A DNA stretch of 64,000 nucleotides, taken from the human T2T-CHM13v2.0 reference genome, Homo sapiens. The stretch is from the NCBI RefSeq assembly GCF_009914755.1, contig NC_060932.1, one strand, 5' to 3'. The position numbers were made by a program, and so were the translations under genes. The stretch's first letter is position 1, and each line of letters starts with the position of its first letter. The notes under the pieces were generated by a model that saw only the letters and a program-made list of their open reading frames with translations, did no database searches and was not told the DNA's origin. Positions 13,631-28,087 of the stretch are shown in pieces.

Positions 13631-15077
13631 TGTACAGTTCTTGCTTACCAAAGTTCCCCTTTTATGGAATCTTTGAATCTAAAAGCCCATATTGAATGCA
13701 GAAAGCTTTATTTTTTCAGCAAAATGCTAATTCTGGCTTCAGTTCTAATCTCAGCCAAAATAAATAAAATAACCTACTCCCTTGTCAGGCAACGTTATCC
13801 TCCATTGCCAGTGTTAGGTGCCAGAAAAATGTGTGGCTTTTGTTTTTCTTTTTAGAAATGTTACATAATGACCTTTAGCTTAGCATATTCTGTGGAAAAA
13901 GCTAAAAATGGATTTTTTTGTGGGTGAATTAACACACAATTTGAATTATTTTGCAGTATTACTGTATTTGAGGTTTGCCACTGCCACAAGTCAGCAGACA
14001 CTAAATATTGCATTCAGCTTTCATATGCAGTATTTCTGGAAGATAGTATGCATATGTGGGATGTAAAATATATCTTTTAAGACATTTTCAGTCTAAATAG
14101 ACTTCCCAATCTCTTTCACTAAGCCCATGGATCAGCAGGAATGTTTTTGGAGTGTTCCCACAGAATCATCATTTCATTTATGATGGCATTACATTTTTAG
14201 TCAGTCTTCAAAAACTCATCTTTGAAATTGTGTGAAAAAAATATAAGCAAATATCTTTCCCCCAAAATCCTCTAATATTTCATTAGCCTTACAGAATGAG
14301 TTAACATATTTAGCAAACTTCCAACATTTTTCTCATGTTACACTGGCTTATAATGTTAAAAGGGACTTAGGAAAAAAGAGTTTGATGTACCACAGGTGGA
14401 CTGCAAATTTAAATGGTAAAATAACTGAGAATATTGTTTATTAAGATTATAGTAGGGGAAAATATCCTAGCTCTATCCTTGAATTATTGTGATTTTACGG
14501 AAACAAAATGTTTTATCTTTAGTCACTTAGAATACAATACTTTCTGATAGTTTTAATCTGGTTTATTTTCCATATGGGTTAAGCATTATGTGTATGAAAT
14601 AGTTTTCCCAAACTCTTTTCTGGGTCACCTTCTGCCTCAAGACAGGAACCCCAGAGAGGTTGGGTGTGCGGAAATCTCAGGGCTGGATTTCTCTTCCCAT
14701 CTACCCCAGCCCAAACTCCGCCCCGTCCAGGTGCTGCCTGCAGATGCCCATGGCTATTGAGCCGCTCACCGGGGCCCTCTTCCCCTCCTCACTCGCCAAG
14801 CAGCAAGCTGAACCTCCCCCGGCTTCTTTCTGTCATATTATTTTCAATACGATTATCGTGACACCATATATAAGCCCTATGAATATATAAACACCGAAAG
14901 TGGTTGGCGTGCAATGTAAAGCATGATGGACTCAAGTTAGGAATGAAGTTTGACAGGAGGGGCTGGGATTTGCTTTAAACTGCTGCTGGTTTGCTCAGAT
15001 AATGTGGTAGATTCCAGCAAGAAGTAAAATAAGGAAAGATTTCTGCCCATAAACATCTCACCAAAATTTCAGAAATC

Positions 15078-15160
15078 ACCACTAAAAAACTTTTCCATGC
15101 AACCAAACACCACCTGTTCCCCCAAAACTGGTGAAATAAGCATGAAAATTAAAAAATAAC
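15078..15160 (+). mobile_element. L1PA16/PB-like extreme 3' end
   Basis: cactaaaaaacttttccatgcaaccaaacaccacctgttcccccaaaac followed by an A-rich tail. Confidence 0.75.
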
Positions 15161-15187
15161 AACAACCGCGAAAATCTCAAAACCTCA

Positions 15188-15308
15188 GGCCGGGTGCAGT
15201 GGCTCATGCCTGTAATTCCAGGACTTAGGGGAGGCTGAGGCAGGAGAATGGCTTGAGCCCAGGAGTTCCAGACCAGCCTGGGCAACAGAGCGAGACCTCA
15301 TCTGAAAA
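15188..15308 (+). mobile_element. Alu monomer (FLAM_C-like)
   Basis: Single left-arm unit ending in gagacctcatctgaaaa; aaaacct on both flanks. Confidence 0.88.
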
Positions 15309-15474
15309 CCTAATGGATGGGAAAGAAATGAAAACAGATTATTTTAATTAAAGATAATAAGCACTATAACAGAAGTGAAAATAAACCTTGAGAGGGGCCA
15401 GACATGGGAGCACCTAACAGTGTACAAAGGTCAGGAAAGGCTTCTTGGAATAATCCTGAGTTCACTGTAACTGC

Positions 15475-15670
15475 GGATGCTTACCAAGTGTCTAAGCTGT
15501 GCCAGGTACTAAGGGCTGTCCACTTACCTTAATCATCCCGGACCAGTGAGGTACCTTCTGTTATTATCCCCATTTTACAGATGATAAAACTGAGGCAAAA
15601 AAAGGTAAAGGCTCACCCAAACCAGCAACACAGGAAGTCTGACTCTCCGCCACTCTGCTAGTCTGCTATT
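15475..15670 (-). mobile_element. MIR SINE
   Basis: tattatccccattttacagatgataaaactgaggc core. Confidence 0.82.
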
Positions 15671-16233
15671 TAATTTTATGAGGCTGTAGACTAAACTGAA
15701 CAGCTATGATTCTTGCATACAATAGGGTTAATAGCACAGGTAAAGGGTCTGAAACATGAAAAGCTCAAACTCTTTAAATGCCTCATTTTACTTAGCAAAA
15801 TGTTTCACAAACTCGATTGTTAGAAACTCTAAGGACATTTTTGTGTTTCCCCAAAATGCTATTGTCTGGAGAGTTGAGAATTATGAGAACTGATTTTTTT
15901 ACCACCAATTTAAGCCAATAGTGGTGCCAGGGCTCAATTTCATGAATTTCCAGCTGCATCTAGGGACTGGAAGTCCCATCTCTGCTTTGCCAGTAACTAC
16001 TGTGTGACTTAGAGTGAGCCAGTTCGTCTCTCTCATCCCCAGGATCTACTGGCACGTGCTGATCATAACTACCCCCATGCAGTTCTTACAGCAATTACAG
16101 TGGGTACTGCCTTTGAAGATTTTAATGTGTTAAAGTGTTTTTATAGTTTTGCTTATTTTGTAAGCACTGCCTTCACCTTTGCACTTCTAAGTGGGCTCCA
16201 CTTGGATCAAGGTGTCCCACGTTATCAAAAATC

Positions 16234-16533
16234 GGTAGGCGTCGTGGCTCACACCTGTAATCCCCACACTTTGGGAGGCTGAACTGGGCCTATTGCTTGA
16301 GGTCAGGAGTTCAAGAACAGCCTGGCCACCATGGTAAAACCCTGTCTGTACTAAAAATGCAAAAATTAGCCGGGCATGGTGGCAAGCACCTGTAATCCCA
16401 ACTACTCAGGAGGCTGACTTGAACCAAGGAGGCTGAGGTTGCAGTAAGCCAAGATCTTACCACTGCATTCCAGCCTGGGTGACAGAGTGAGACCCTGTCT
16501 AAATAAATAAATAAATAAGATAAAGAAAAAAAG
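16234..16533 (+). mobile_element. Alu (AluS/J-like, small internal deletion)
   Basis: Dimer with (TAAA)n tail; ggcaggagaatcg segment is missing. Confidence 0.93.
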
Positions 16534-17749
16534 AATCACTCTTATATCACCATGCTTGACCAAAAATAATAATAATAAGTGGAATTCTCAATAAATCCTG
16601 ACAAAACTGTACAGTCAGCAATATGAAATGCCAGGGAAGGGATGGAGGCTGGAGGCGCCGCACCTGTAGCTGCACTCTGTCCATTTCTATAGGATGAATG
16701 TTGGCAGGCGATGAATTTCCAGATGAGGCCTGACTGACCTCAGATGTGGAGGAAGAAATGCTGTGAGCCACACTCTGTTGCCAATTGAAGCAAATGTGGT
16801 CCCAGAGCCTGAAGTCCCCGTGTGCAATGGGCGCCCTCTAGCTTCTTACCAAGTGAAATATATGCTCATTTCTGGACAATGAACTCAACAGTTTGGGCAA
16901 GTAAACACTATACTGAATCCACATTCTTAGAACTCTTAGTTCTAAGTCTTCCTCAAACTTTCTGAATAAAAATATGGCACAACTTGTTTCATGGAAGAAA
17001 GAATCAAGTTAAAATACCTTTTTTTTGAAATATTAGGATAAACACAGTCAACAAAACCCATGAATATGTTAATATAAATTGTCGTTCTCCATAACAGAAA
17101 ATAAAAGATACAAACTTACTAACAAAAAAAAAGTTTTAATTTTTAAGTTTTCTCTTCAGAAGAATAACCATTAAAAATCTCACTAGACACTGACGTTTTA
17201 TAGAACACAGTTCTGAGAACAATGGGATATTTGAATAGATCACCAAATCAATTTTTTAAAAAAGCACAATTATTGAAGCCTCCTTTATGAATGCTGTTGC
17301 AAATTAGAAGATAAAAGGGTGCTGTCATTTTTGCCCAGTATTTTATGTTATTGCTAACGCAATTTTTTTCAATGTAACTTCTTCACTTTGCTCCAATGCA
17401 AGAGAATGGAGATTAACAGACTATATCACCACTGTATCTTATGTGGCAGAAGATAGTTTGAATCTATTTAAATTAGGGAACATATAATTCAATGGATGGT
17501 CATGAAAAAAATAAGTGAAAGTACAAAGTAAACATATGGTAGCCATACATATTTTAAAATATTCAAGAAATATAACATGATTATATTATTAAATATTTGT
17601 AAATAAAGAAAAAAGTTTTTTTCACAGTATATTTCTATCACTCTAATAGAAATATATTAGCATTTTTGAATATTTATCTAATGTTTCTTCAGGGCACCTG
17701 CCTCCATACAGTTATAATCATGGCATATTTGCAATTTATAACCAGTGTT

Positions 17750-18438
17750 TTACAAATTGATAGTCTATATTTTAGAGTAGGTTTAAGGTGATGGTAAAAT
17801 GTAGCAGAAATAAGATTTCATATATACCCCTCACATGCCTCCCATAGTTTTCCCTATTATCAACATCCTGCATTAGTGTGGCACATTTATTACAATTGAT
17901 GAATACTGATACATTATTGATTCAAGTCCATTATTGACATTCTATTTCTTTGTGTTATACAGCTGTGTAAGTTTTGCCAAATGTACAAAGTCATGCATCC
18001 ACCATTACAGAATCACATCTGACGGTGTGGACTGCCCTAAAGATCCCCAAAGCTTCACCTGTTCATCCCTCCCTTCCTCCACCCCCTGGCAACCACCCAT
18101 CCTTTTAGCGTCCCCATAGTTCTGCCTTTTCCAGAATGTCATATATCTGGAATTATACAGTTTGTAGCCTTTTCAGATTGGCTTATTTTACTTAGCATTG
18201 TGCAGTTAAGTTTCCTCCATGCCCTTGCATGAATTAATTGTTTCCCTTTAGCCCTGAATAATTTTGATTATCTGTATGGACCACAGTTTATACATTCACC
18301 AACCGAAACACATATTGGATGCTTCCAGTTTTGACTATAAACGTTCATGCACAGGTTTTTGTATGAACATAAGTTTCAATTCATTTCAGTAGATACCTAT
18401 GATGGCTGGATCATATGGGAAGGACACGTTTAATTTTG

Positions 18439-18470
<32 letters not shown>

Positions 18471-19122
18471 CACACCAAAGTGTCTTCCAAACGGGCTGTA
18501 CCATTTTGCATTCCCACCGCTAATGACTGAGAGTTCCAGTGGATTCATATTCTCACCAGCATTTGATGTCAACATTTTGAATTTTAACCATTCTACTAGG
18601 AATGTGGTGGTATCTGATTATTGTTTCAATTTGCAATTCCTTAGGGACATAAGATGTGGAGCGCCTTTTCATATGGTAATTTGACATCTGTTTATCATCT
18701 TTGGTGAGGTGTCTGTTAAGGTCTTTAGCCCATTTATTAGGTTCATTGTTTTCTATTGAGTTTTACATTTAATTATATATTTTCGGACACAGGCCCTTTA
18801 TCAGAAATCCGTTTTTGCAATTACTTTTCCCAGTCTGTGGCTTGCCTTTTATTCTTTTAACATTGTCTTTCTTAGGGTTCTTAATTTGCATAAAGTCCAA
18901 CTTAAATGATTTTTTCATGGATCACACCTTTGATGTTGTATGTAAAAACCATTGCCAAACCTAAAGCCATCTGAGTTTCCTCCTTTGTCATCCTTGTGTG
19001 GTTATATAGTCTCGCATTTCATATTTAGGTCTATGAGCCATTTTTAGTTACTGTTTGTAAGAGGTCTATTGTCAATATCTAAATTTATTTATTTAATTTT
19101 GGTAGGTAGATGTCCAGTTGTT
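17750..19122 (-). mobile_element. L1MC-class 3' region, with an internal expanded A-run at ~18439-18468
   Basis: ctattatcaacatcc, atccaccattac, ctgccctaaa and ccttttccagaatgtcatata motifs of the L1MC1/2 3' end. Confidence 0.88.
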
Positions 19123-20859
19123 ATTGAATCAAAGTTTTTCTTTTAAAAAATCTATTGTTACTTTTATTAATAATAATTACAGTAGTTATAAAATTTTGTA
19201 ATAGTTATATGTAGTTTACTCTTTCCTTGTAACGTTACATAAAAATTGACTTTTATTTTAGCTAATATATGTTACACTGGGATCCACTGCTGACTTTTAA
19301 AAATTACTTATATGGCTTTAGAGGACACAGAAGGAAAAATTTATATATTAATCTTAAAAATATACACAAATCTTCAACTATAAATAAAATAATACAATTT
19401 AACTATAGTTGGTAAGATGCATTAACGTATTCCATGTCCAGCTTTAAGCCAGGGTGTATTACAATGTATCCTTGAAAATTCATTCTCAGGCATGGGTCAA
19501 TGTTACAGTGTCAGAGCAAATCCATTTTTGAAGGGCAGCACTGCTGTTCACTTATAGACCAAAAACCTGAATTAGCTACCTGTAACACATTAATGCTTCA
19601 CTGCTTCCAAAAATAGGGAACTGGAATTGAATAAGCAGCAAGGAATCTTCTCCATCACATTGGTCTTTAATGTTCCACTTACATTGAAATTCAGAAATAT
19701 ATTTGAGAAGTTTAAAAACATAATATGTCACTTGTTGTCTATAAGCATATTCGTAATGCATTTTACTCTATATTTATCACGCACGTATCTGAATGCATGC
19801 ACCCATTTAAACAATATACGTGTGTGTGCACACATATGTGTGTATGATGTATATAAAAGGCATGTTAAGAGGGGACATAGTAACTTGGAAAGAGCACAGG
19901 TTTTAAAGTGAAACAGACCTTTCTTAAAAATCATATTTGTGAGAAACAGCTATGAGAACCTGAACAATGGAATTTGCATTTTCTTAGTCATAAAATGGGA
20001 GGTGCAGTAATGTATAGTTACTTCACAGTGCTTTCTCAATGAAAGATGAAATACTTGTTGCAAAATGACTCAACAGTTTCTAACACCAGAAAAGCCCTTC
20101 ATAAATATTTATTATTCTTTCGTTTTATTCTCCTCCAAATATGGAGTTTTCAATCAATGAACACTCAACGTCTGCCTTGATTAATAAGAGTCCTACATAT
20201 TAGGAGAGAGGTAAAAATAGGAAGGGCTCGTTTACCTACTTTTCAATATATCTTTAAAAATAAACTAGTGGGTAGATCTCACGACCCTACGAAAGAATCT
20301 ACATATATAAAAATGTAACACAAAAATGAAAGGTTCTTTGGGTCACAGTGATACTGGCAACAGAAGCCCTGGCTAGAGAAAAAGTGGTTGGCTGGTTCGT
20401 GGCTAGGAGTAAGACACCCTAGGAGTTTCCCAGTGTGCAGTGAGACATGCTCACTATTTTCTCTGTTAAAGCTGATGCCAACGGATAGCAAATTCCTCAC
20501 TTTCACAGGCATCCATGGAAAAACGCATCTGTACCTGGAATCATGCACCATGTTAAAATCCATTGCAGAGCAAACTAGCTCATCATCTAGGCCACACAGG
20601 AGACAGTTTCTAGGAAGATCATTTCATCAGGTGTCCTCTATCCCCTATATTTTACATTTAGTTCTCTCTTTTCTCCATCATCTAATCACATTCTTGCCTA
20701 TTCTTTCTCAGAAAGAAACTTTCTCCCATGTCGCCTGAATCCCCTTCTTATGACCCCCTTCTACTGCATTCCATCCACAGCTGCATCTACAGAGACTTTT
20801 CAGCTTCCCTCCACTTACCACCTGCAAGTCACCTTCATCAGACACCCTCACCCAGGTAT

Positions 20860-22420
20860 AAATGGAAAGATTTCTACTGAAACTTTCTTCAGCTCATCAG
20901 AGGCTTCTAGAATCAAAATCCAATGAACATTTTTCAGTTTATTATGTCCTTGTTATATCTACGGGCCTTGGCCCTGGTCGCACAAGACCACAAGCCCCTG
21001 CTCCCACCACTTCTTTCCCTCTGGAGGGTCCTTTCCATGTTCTTTTCTGTCTTTTCCTCTCCGGCCATTTATGATGGTAAATTTTCTGTGTCAACTTCAC
21101 TGGGGTAAGGGTTGCCCAGATAGCTGGTAAAAGATTGCTTCTGAGTGTGTCTGTGAGGGGGTTTCTAGAAGATATTAGAGTTTGAATCGGCAGACTGAGT
21201 GAAGAACCACCCTTACCATTCCACGGGCACCGACCAACCCATGGCAGGCCACAAAGAACAAAAGATAAACGGTGAATTTTCTCTTTTCCAGAGCTGGGAC
21301 CTCCATCTTCTCCTACCCTAGTACATCAGCACTTCTGGTTCTCAGGCCTTCAGATTCAGGACAGGACTTTGACCACTAACTCTTCTTGCTCTCAGGACTT
21401 TGGCCTTGGCTGAGTTACGCCAATGGCTTTCCTGGATCTCCAGCCTGTAGATAGCAGATCATGAGACGTCTCCGCCTTCATAATCATAGCTAAGTCAATT
21501 CCCATAATAAATATATATGTGTATGCATATAAATTATACATGCTACATATAATATATAAAAATATATGCATAGTTATATTTATAATTATAATATTTGTAT
21601 ATAATACAACATATGCATATATATGTATATCCTATCTGTACACTGCTAGTTGTCTCTCTCTGGAGATCCCTAACACACCATCCCTGAGATGTTGATTCTC
21701 CTCTGCCCCTACAGGATAGCCTCATTCACGTACATGAAGTAGGCATCACCCTGTGTGCCCTACATCCTTATCTATAATTCATACCCAGACATCTTCTTTG
21801 AGCTCCAAATTCATACATCCAACTACCTTTTGGACTTGTCTATTTGTATATTTCATAGTCACCTAAAATTCAATATATGCATCCCCCAGACCTGTTTCTA
21901 AATTATTTCATCAGACCTGCTGTTTTCTGTCTCTATCCCAACCCGTCCACTTATTAAACTAGGCCCCCGTTATCCAGCAAGCCTGGGTTCTGCCTCTGTG
22001 GTTTCCTTCCTGCGGCTGCTGAGTCTGGGTGTTGCCATCTTTCAGATTACTAAATGTAAAGGCATTATAACTAGGCTTGAATTTTCCAATCAATTTTCCA
22101 CGTTGCCACAGCAGTGAACTTTCTAAAACACGTATCTGAAAATATTACTTTCTTCTTTTATATTTGTGAGTGGATTTTAGAAGAAAATACAACTTCCTAG
22201 CATCAGATTGAAAAAGAAAAAAAGAAACTTTCATTATATGCAGCAGCCCACATTTCTGGCCTCTTTTTTTCTACCAGGTCCCTATGCACACTCTGCTCTC
22301 ACTGTATTTACCTGTTCGTAGATACTTGGATAAACCATCATCTATCTCTCAAGTAATGCCTGTGTCATTCTTTACTGTTTTTCCACAATTAAAAAGACTT
22401 AAACATTATACTCAATGAAT
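20860..22420 (+). mobile_element. L2 LINE remnant interrupted by an MLT2 LTR; boundaries approximate
   Basis: aaatccaatgaac before the LTR; cccagacatcttctttgagctccaaattcatacatccaactacc after it. Confidence 0.7.
21070..21677 (+). mobile_element. MLT2 (ERVL) solo LTR
   Basis: Starts tatgatggtaaattttctgtgtcaactt, ends ctctggagatccctaacaca; AATAAA near 21506; internal TA-rich tract; 5-bp TSD ccatt/ccatc. Confidence 0.92.
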
Positions 22421-24374
22421 GTAAAACGAATGATTGAGTTCTGTATGAGAAATGGTAAATTAAAAAGTCTCTTATCTGGAGTAGAAGCTATAAGCAGATG
22501 ATTCTGATACAAGGAATTTTGAATGAAAACTCTTGTACCCTGGAAATTTAATGTTCAAGAAAATAGAGTGTTAATGTGGCAGAGAGAAACAAGAATGGTT
22601 AGGTTTTGTTGTTGTTGCACGGGGATTGGACGGGATATCCCAGAAGAAATCTGAGCAATAATTCAGCCATGACAAAATAAAGGCCGAGAAAACAACTTTG
22701 TTTTGGGTCTGGAAAACAAAAGAAGGGTAATTACATTTATTGAGCAAATGTAGGCCAGGCACTCCCAAGCAATCCAGTACTCCCTTTAAAAAACATTGTG
22801 GGTTACAGCCAACCCTTGCAATATATTAAATAAAAGGCACAGTGTAAAGAAGGAATTACAGCTTGTTCTCATAGTTTATTTGCTTTGATGATGATACTGT
22901 TTTGGATGGTACCGAATGTCTAGGATTGGAGACTCCTACAAGAGCTTATGTTGGGCCTAACATAGCGCCGTCAAAAATTGGCATTTAATAAAAAATGTAC
23001 GTTGAGTGCAAAAATGAAGTTATCTTTATGAAAACTATCGAAAAAAGTTCACTTTTTAATTTAGTCATGTATAAGTCTCATTTTTATTTTAATAATATCA
23101 CCCCAAGAAGCAAATACTCTATCGTATTTTGTCGTTCATTGAATATTCATGTTGTATATTTAGACGCATAGTCTATTTCTTTGTTATGCTATAACATTCC
23201 CGACTTTCATATAAATATGAAATCAATGTAATTGCATTCATATAAAGCAAGACATAAGCCCTCAGAATGAAAATGCCATGCAAAAATAAAAAATGAATGC
23301 CTTTCATGTCACACTGAATTCAATGCACAAGCTTTTCTTTTTAAATATATAATTAAATATGATTTGATTAGTAATAGATGCAAATGGCTTTTTTTCCCCA
23401 CAGAATGATTTCAAAAATCATCACAATTAGGTGTTTGATTTTCCATCTACCTGTCTACAAAGCATTTCTCTTTTTTAACTGATCTCCAGTTGTCAAGGTA
23501 ATTACAGAACCGCTTTGAAAGCAGCTGCATTCCCAGGTGCCTTCCTGTTAGTTCACGGGAAACCATGCAACAACCTGATATATGGAGAGCATACTGCCTT
23601 GGTCTTGGGGGGATATGTGATGCGCGCAGGAGGTAAAGTATTTCTCTGTACCTTAAAATACATTTAGAATCCTGTTACCTTGGAAATTTCTCTTACCTCC
23701 ATATTTGATCTATCTAAGTTAATTTTGCATAAAGTTTTGAGACGCAATTGTATTTTTTTATTTCCAAGTTTATCAGATTATGAGTAATTAAGTATATTTT
23801 GTTGACTTTTCACATTCATTTAATGTTTTTAACTTCATTAACTTCATTAAACTTCCATAAGTTTGACTTAAGAAAAGTGGTCATTAAAAAAATAGCATCT
23901 TGCCCCAATTGTCTTTCTTACACAGACTGACTCAAGGGATTCCTCTCAGCTGACTTGATTTCTGGAAATCACTCCATTGGCAGCAATGTAATGTTATCAA
24001 CCCTACCATATTCCAGAATGCCAAAGAAATTATAACGGAAGACCAAACACCCAGGTGACTTGGAATGCGAGGGGAAGGAAAAGGGTAAAAGAAATTATTC
24101 CAGAAACAAGAAAAATGACTCTCTAATAATGGGGTATATTGGTTAACCTAAACAAAACACAGTAACAGTTTTCTAATTGTGATTTATTTCTATCCATCTT
24201 CTTTTGCTTTTTTAATTGACTCTGTTAAATAGGTTTCCACTGATTCCCAGTCTTCCAATAACTCTTTAACCTACAGATAATTTTGCAATTCCTCCCTACC
24301 CAAGAAAGACAGTCATGTGCACAGCCTCCCGCATTACGTGATGCTGGCACTCTTGGATCAACAAAGACATGAAT

Positions 24375-24700
<326 letters not shown>

Positions 24701-25088
24701 ACATTACTTAGGTGAATGGCCATTTTCAACATTCTCTTAAAATGGTAACTTTTGAGTCACATTTCTGTTAATCAAGGACAAGAGTGGAGGAGAAAAGTGG
24801 CTGCAGCATTCCTTTTTGTCATCCTCAGAATTGGAACACCCCCATGTTTGGATAGGCGTGGGTTGCTCGGTAGAAACGGACTTTTCCCCAGTTCTCCTTT
24901 TCTGCTTGGTGTGGCCACATGACGAAGGTCTCAGCAAAAGAAGTTCATGGGATGTGCTGTGTGCAACTTTCCCTGTACCTCTTGAAAGCACATTTCTCAG
25001 CCTTCACTTTTGCTTCTCATTTCCATGGTTGTGGTTTCACGGCCAACTTTGATCATGAGGAATACAACACATTTCATTGGAAGAAGCA

Positions 25089-25093
25089 TACAC

Positions 25094-25130
<37 letters not shown>
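25089..25130. repeat. (CA)n microsatellite
   Basis: Directly visible. Confidence 0.97.
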
Positions 25131-25133
<3 letters not shown>

Positions 25134-26437
25134 CCGGTCCCTAGATGGCATAGAAAGCTGAACATCACCACTAGCTTAGATGACTCATTTCTTGGCTATT
25201 AAAAAAACTGTAAACTAAAGGTATTGCATTTTTAGGTCACTTTGATACATCAGCTTATTCTCTATCTTTAACTGTGCGGAAGCTGTTAACCAAAAACTCC
25301 TATTTTTGCAGGATAAAGTTTATTTTTTGAAACATTTTTTAAAAACCAGAAAACACAAAAGCAGGTGATTTTTAAATAGGTAATGAAATCATAGATGTTG
25401 GGATTTAAAAGGATCTCTAACAGTTTACCTAGACAAAGGTGACAAATATACTCTCCTAACTCACCTTGTCTATTATCCAGTCCACAGTGTCACATGTTTA
25501 AAATCAATCTTAACAACTTTTTCTTCTGAGCCCGGAGGCAGTTTAATCATCTTTATCAACACAGTGCTCTACAAACCACCACCAATTGGTCCAAGTCGAC
25601 ACAGAAATGGAAAACTATTTGCTCTCCTTGAAATACTTTGATCCTATCATTTTACATACTAGAAAACGGAGACCCAGGACTTGGCTCAAGTTAGTTTCCT
25701 GAGTATCTGACTATGAGCATTTCAACGAATTCATTAAAAAGAAATACACCAAACAAAGGCTGCCCAAATTAATATCAGGATTTATAAAATCCTGCCTTTT
25801 GAAGTAGTCCTTGACAACAAATTCTCAAAACTAGATTCACTATTTTGAATGTTTTAAAATAAAATGTGGTTATAATTACCTAAAGAGACACTGACCTGGG
25901 TCTGGCAACATCTATGTGGAGATCCTGTGTATCTTACCTTCCACGGACTCAGCTCAGAAATGTCCACCAGCTCCACCAACCCTCCTGTAATACTGAAAAT
26001 CCTCGAATGCAGAGGCAGGCTATCTTTTTATAGTTAAAATCCAACTGACTCAAGGCTGTATGTGAAACCCAATCTCTTGTCTTCTCATGGTCCCCCGGCT
26101 GTGAGTGCCTTTGGTGTGCTGTGTACACCATTTCATCCACTACCCTTAATTCTCCTCCCCACCAAACCCCATGCGGACTACTGTCCTTTCTTTTGTTTTC
26201 ACTTAGATCCTCTCATTCTTCACGAAGGATTTGACCTGATGGTGATATTTTAGTTTGCAGAAAAACAACTTGAAATTGAATGCTACCTGCCCAACCATCC
26301 CTATGGTCTTCCCTGGCTGACTCTCTGCAGGTTCCAGGCACCACCATGTCACCCCACACTCAAGATGCTGCCATCAAATCCAGGCTTCTCAGTTTAACAT
26401 ACAGGACAATGTTGGTCCCAACACTTCTCAGGATCAA

Positions 26438-26755
26438 TTTATTTATTTATTTATTTTTTGAGACAGGGTCTTGCTCTATCTCCCAGGCTGGAGTCCAGGC
26501 TGGAGTCCAGTGGTACAATCATAGCTCACTGCAACCTCTCAGGCTGAAATGATCCTCCCACCTCAGCCTCCCTAGTAGCTGGGATACCTGGCTTATGCCA
26601 CTACACATGGCTAATTTTTTGTATTTTTTTTTTTTTTGTAGAGATGGGGTATCACCATGTTGCTCAGGCAGACTCAAACTTCTGGACTCAAGCAATCTGC
26701 CCACCTTGACCTCCCAAAATGCTGGGACTACAGGCATGAGCCACTGCTCCTAGCT
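26438..26755 (-). mobile_element. AluJ-like with a 12-bp internal duplication (ccaggctggagt x2)
   Basis: J-type gagacagggtcttgctct and atcatagctcactgc. Confidence 0.94.
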
Positions 26756-28087
26756 GGTCACATTCTTTAGCAAACTAAAAGATCTAGAAGTAGCTTTAAC
26801 AGTTTAATTTCAAAATTACTAATCAAATTATTGTCAATTGAATGAAATAAGGAACTGACATATGCTAGCACTGACATTAATGGGGTGTCTTAGAAGGCAC
26901 AAAATCTAACATGCATTGGGATTTTAAACATCATTTGTTTTTTAATCTTAAGATACAAAGCATGCTATTCTATGTAGCTTGGTCTCAATGTGAGCCTCCC
27001 TTTCAAGGTTAGTAACTCATGTGCTGTGTTTCTGCTTCAGAAGGACCTGGGAAAATCCTTCCCTGAAACGTTATGCATATCCCTACACTCAAATCTCACA
27101 TTCTTTTTTTTTTCTTTTGGCTTCTGTGAACTTTAAGGAAGAGCCTACTCAAATCCCGAATCCTGTCTCAAAGACTTGCATCCATTCCCATCTCCTATTG
27201 GTTCAACAATGTGAAGGTGTAGAAATAGTACCAAGAACAGATTTATTGGGTGGGAAATTTCTGCCCAGATATATGCAGAACTCTGGAGAAGATTAATGAA
27301 GTCAGCTTTCCATTCCCTGGGAAGCACTAGTATCTTGGGCATCCGGTTCTCCTGAAATGGACTTCTGGAATCACAGTGAGTTTCAATTGGGGAAAAAAAA
27401 AATGAAAGCTGTTTTCTGAGGTACCAAGCCTAGCAATCGATCTTAATGAGATGGGTCTATTACCCCATCACAAGATGCTCAGAAGCTTTAAAATTTAAAG
27501 TGAAACTAGATAGGCATCGTTTGAACAGTCATCTCAGAAGGGTGGTAAAGTGCTTTACACACCTAACCCCACCTCCTTCACAGGATAGCCCACTGCAATT
27601 ATGCTCTAGCTGGATGTTTGTGAAAATCTAGCTGAGAAGCTCTTCTTTTAAACCTCTTCCCTAGGAACAGGTGAGATGGCAAGTTCCTATTCCCCAGAAG
27701 GGCCAGGCCTTCCCTCCCGTCTCTTTCTGCTCTCTTGTACCTTGCTTATGTATGCTGGCTTCTTGGTGACATTTCACCGAGTCAGAACATGAAGCACGTT
27801 AATAATAAGCTCACATTTTCAAAATGTTAAAATAACACCACTCTCTAGGTACCAATTACTTCTTTCAAAGATAGTTTTCGAGGTACCTATGAGCCCCGTA
27901 CCTTGTGAACACCTCACTGTTGCTTTGTACGTTTTCAGTTGTCGCCTCCCTTTCCCATGTTTCACATGTGTGTCTGTGGAACTCAGCTCTAAAATCTGCA
28001 CAGTCTGCAACCATCATAAATGTAACAGTTCCTCATTCCACTTCACTCCAAAGACTAAGATTTCATATATCAGCTCTGGGTAAAAGT

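Noticed and set aside
16828-16845. CTCF-like motif gcgccctctagc
   Set aside because: The core matches but the conserved 5' CC of the motif is absent; cannot be called without ChIP data
25435-25630. Possible hAT MITE nested in a MIR
   Set aside because: Putative TIRs (caaaggtgacaaata / tatttgctctccttg) are too degenerate to call by eye
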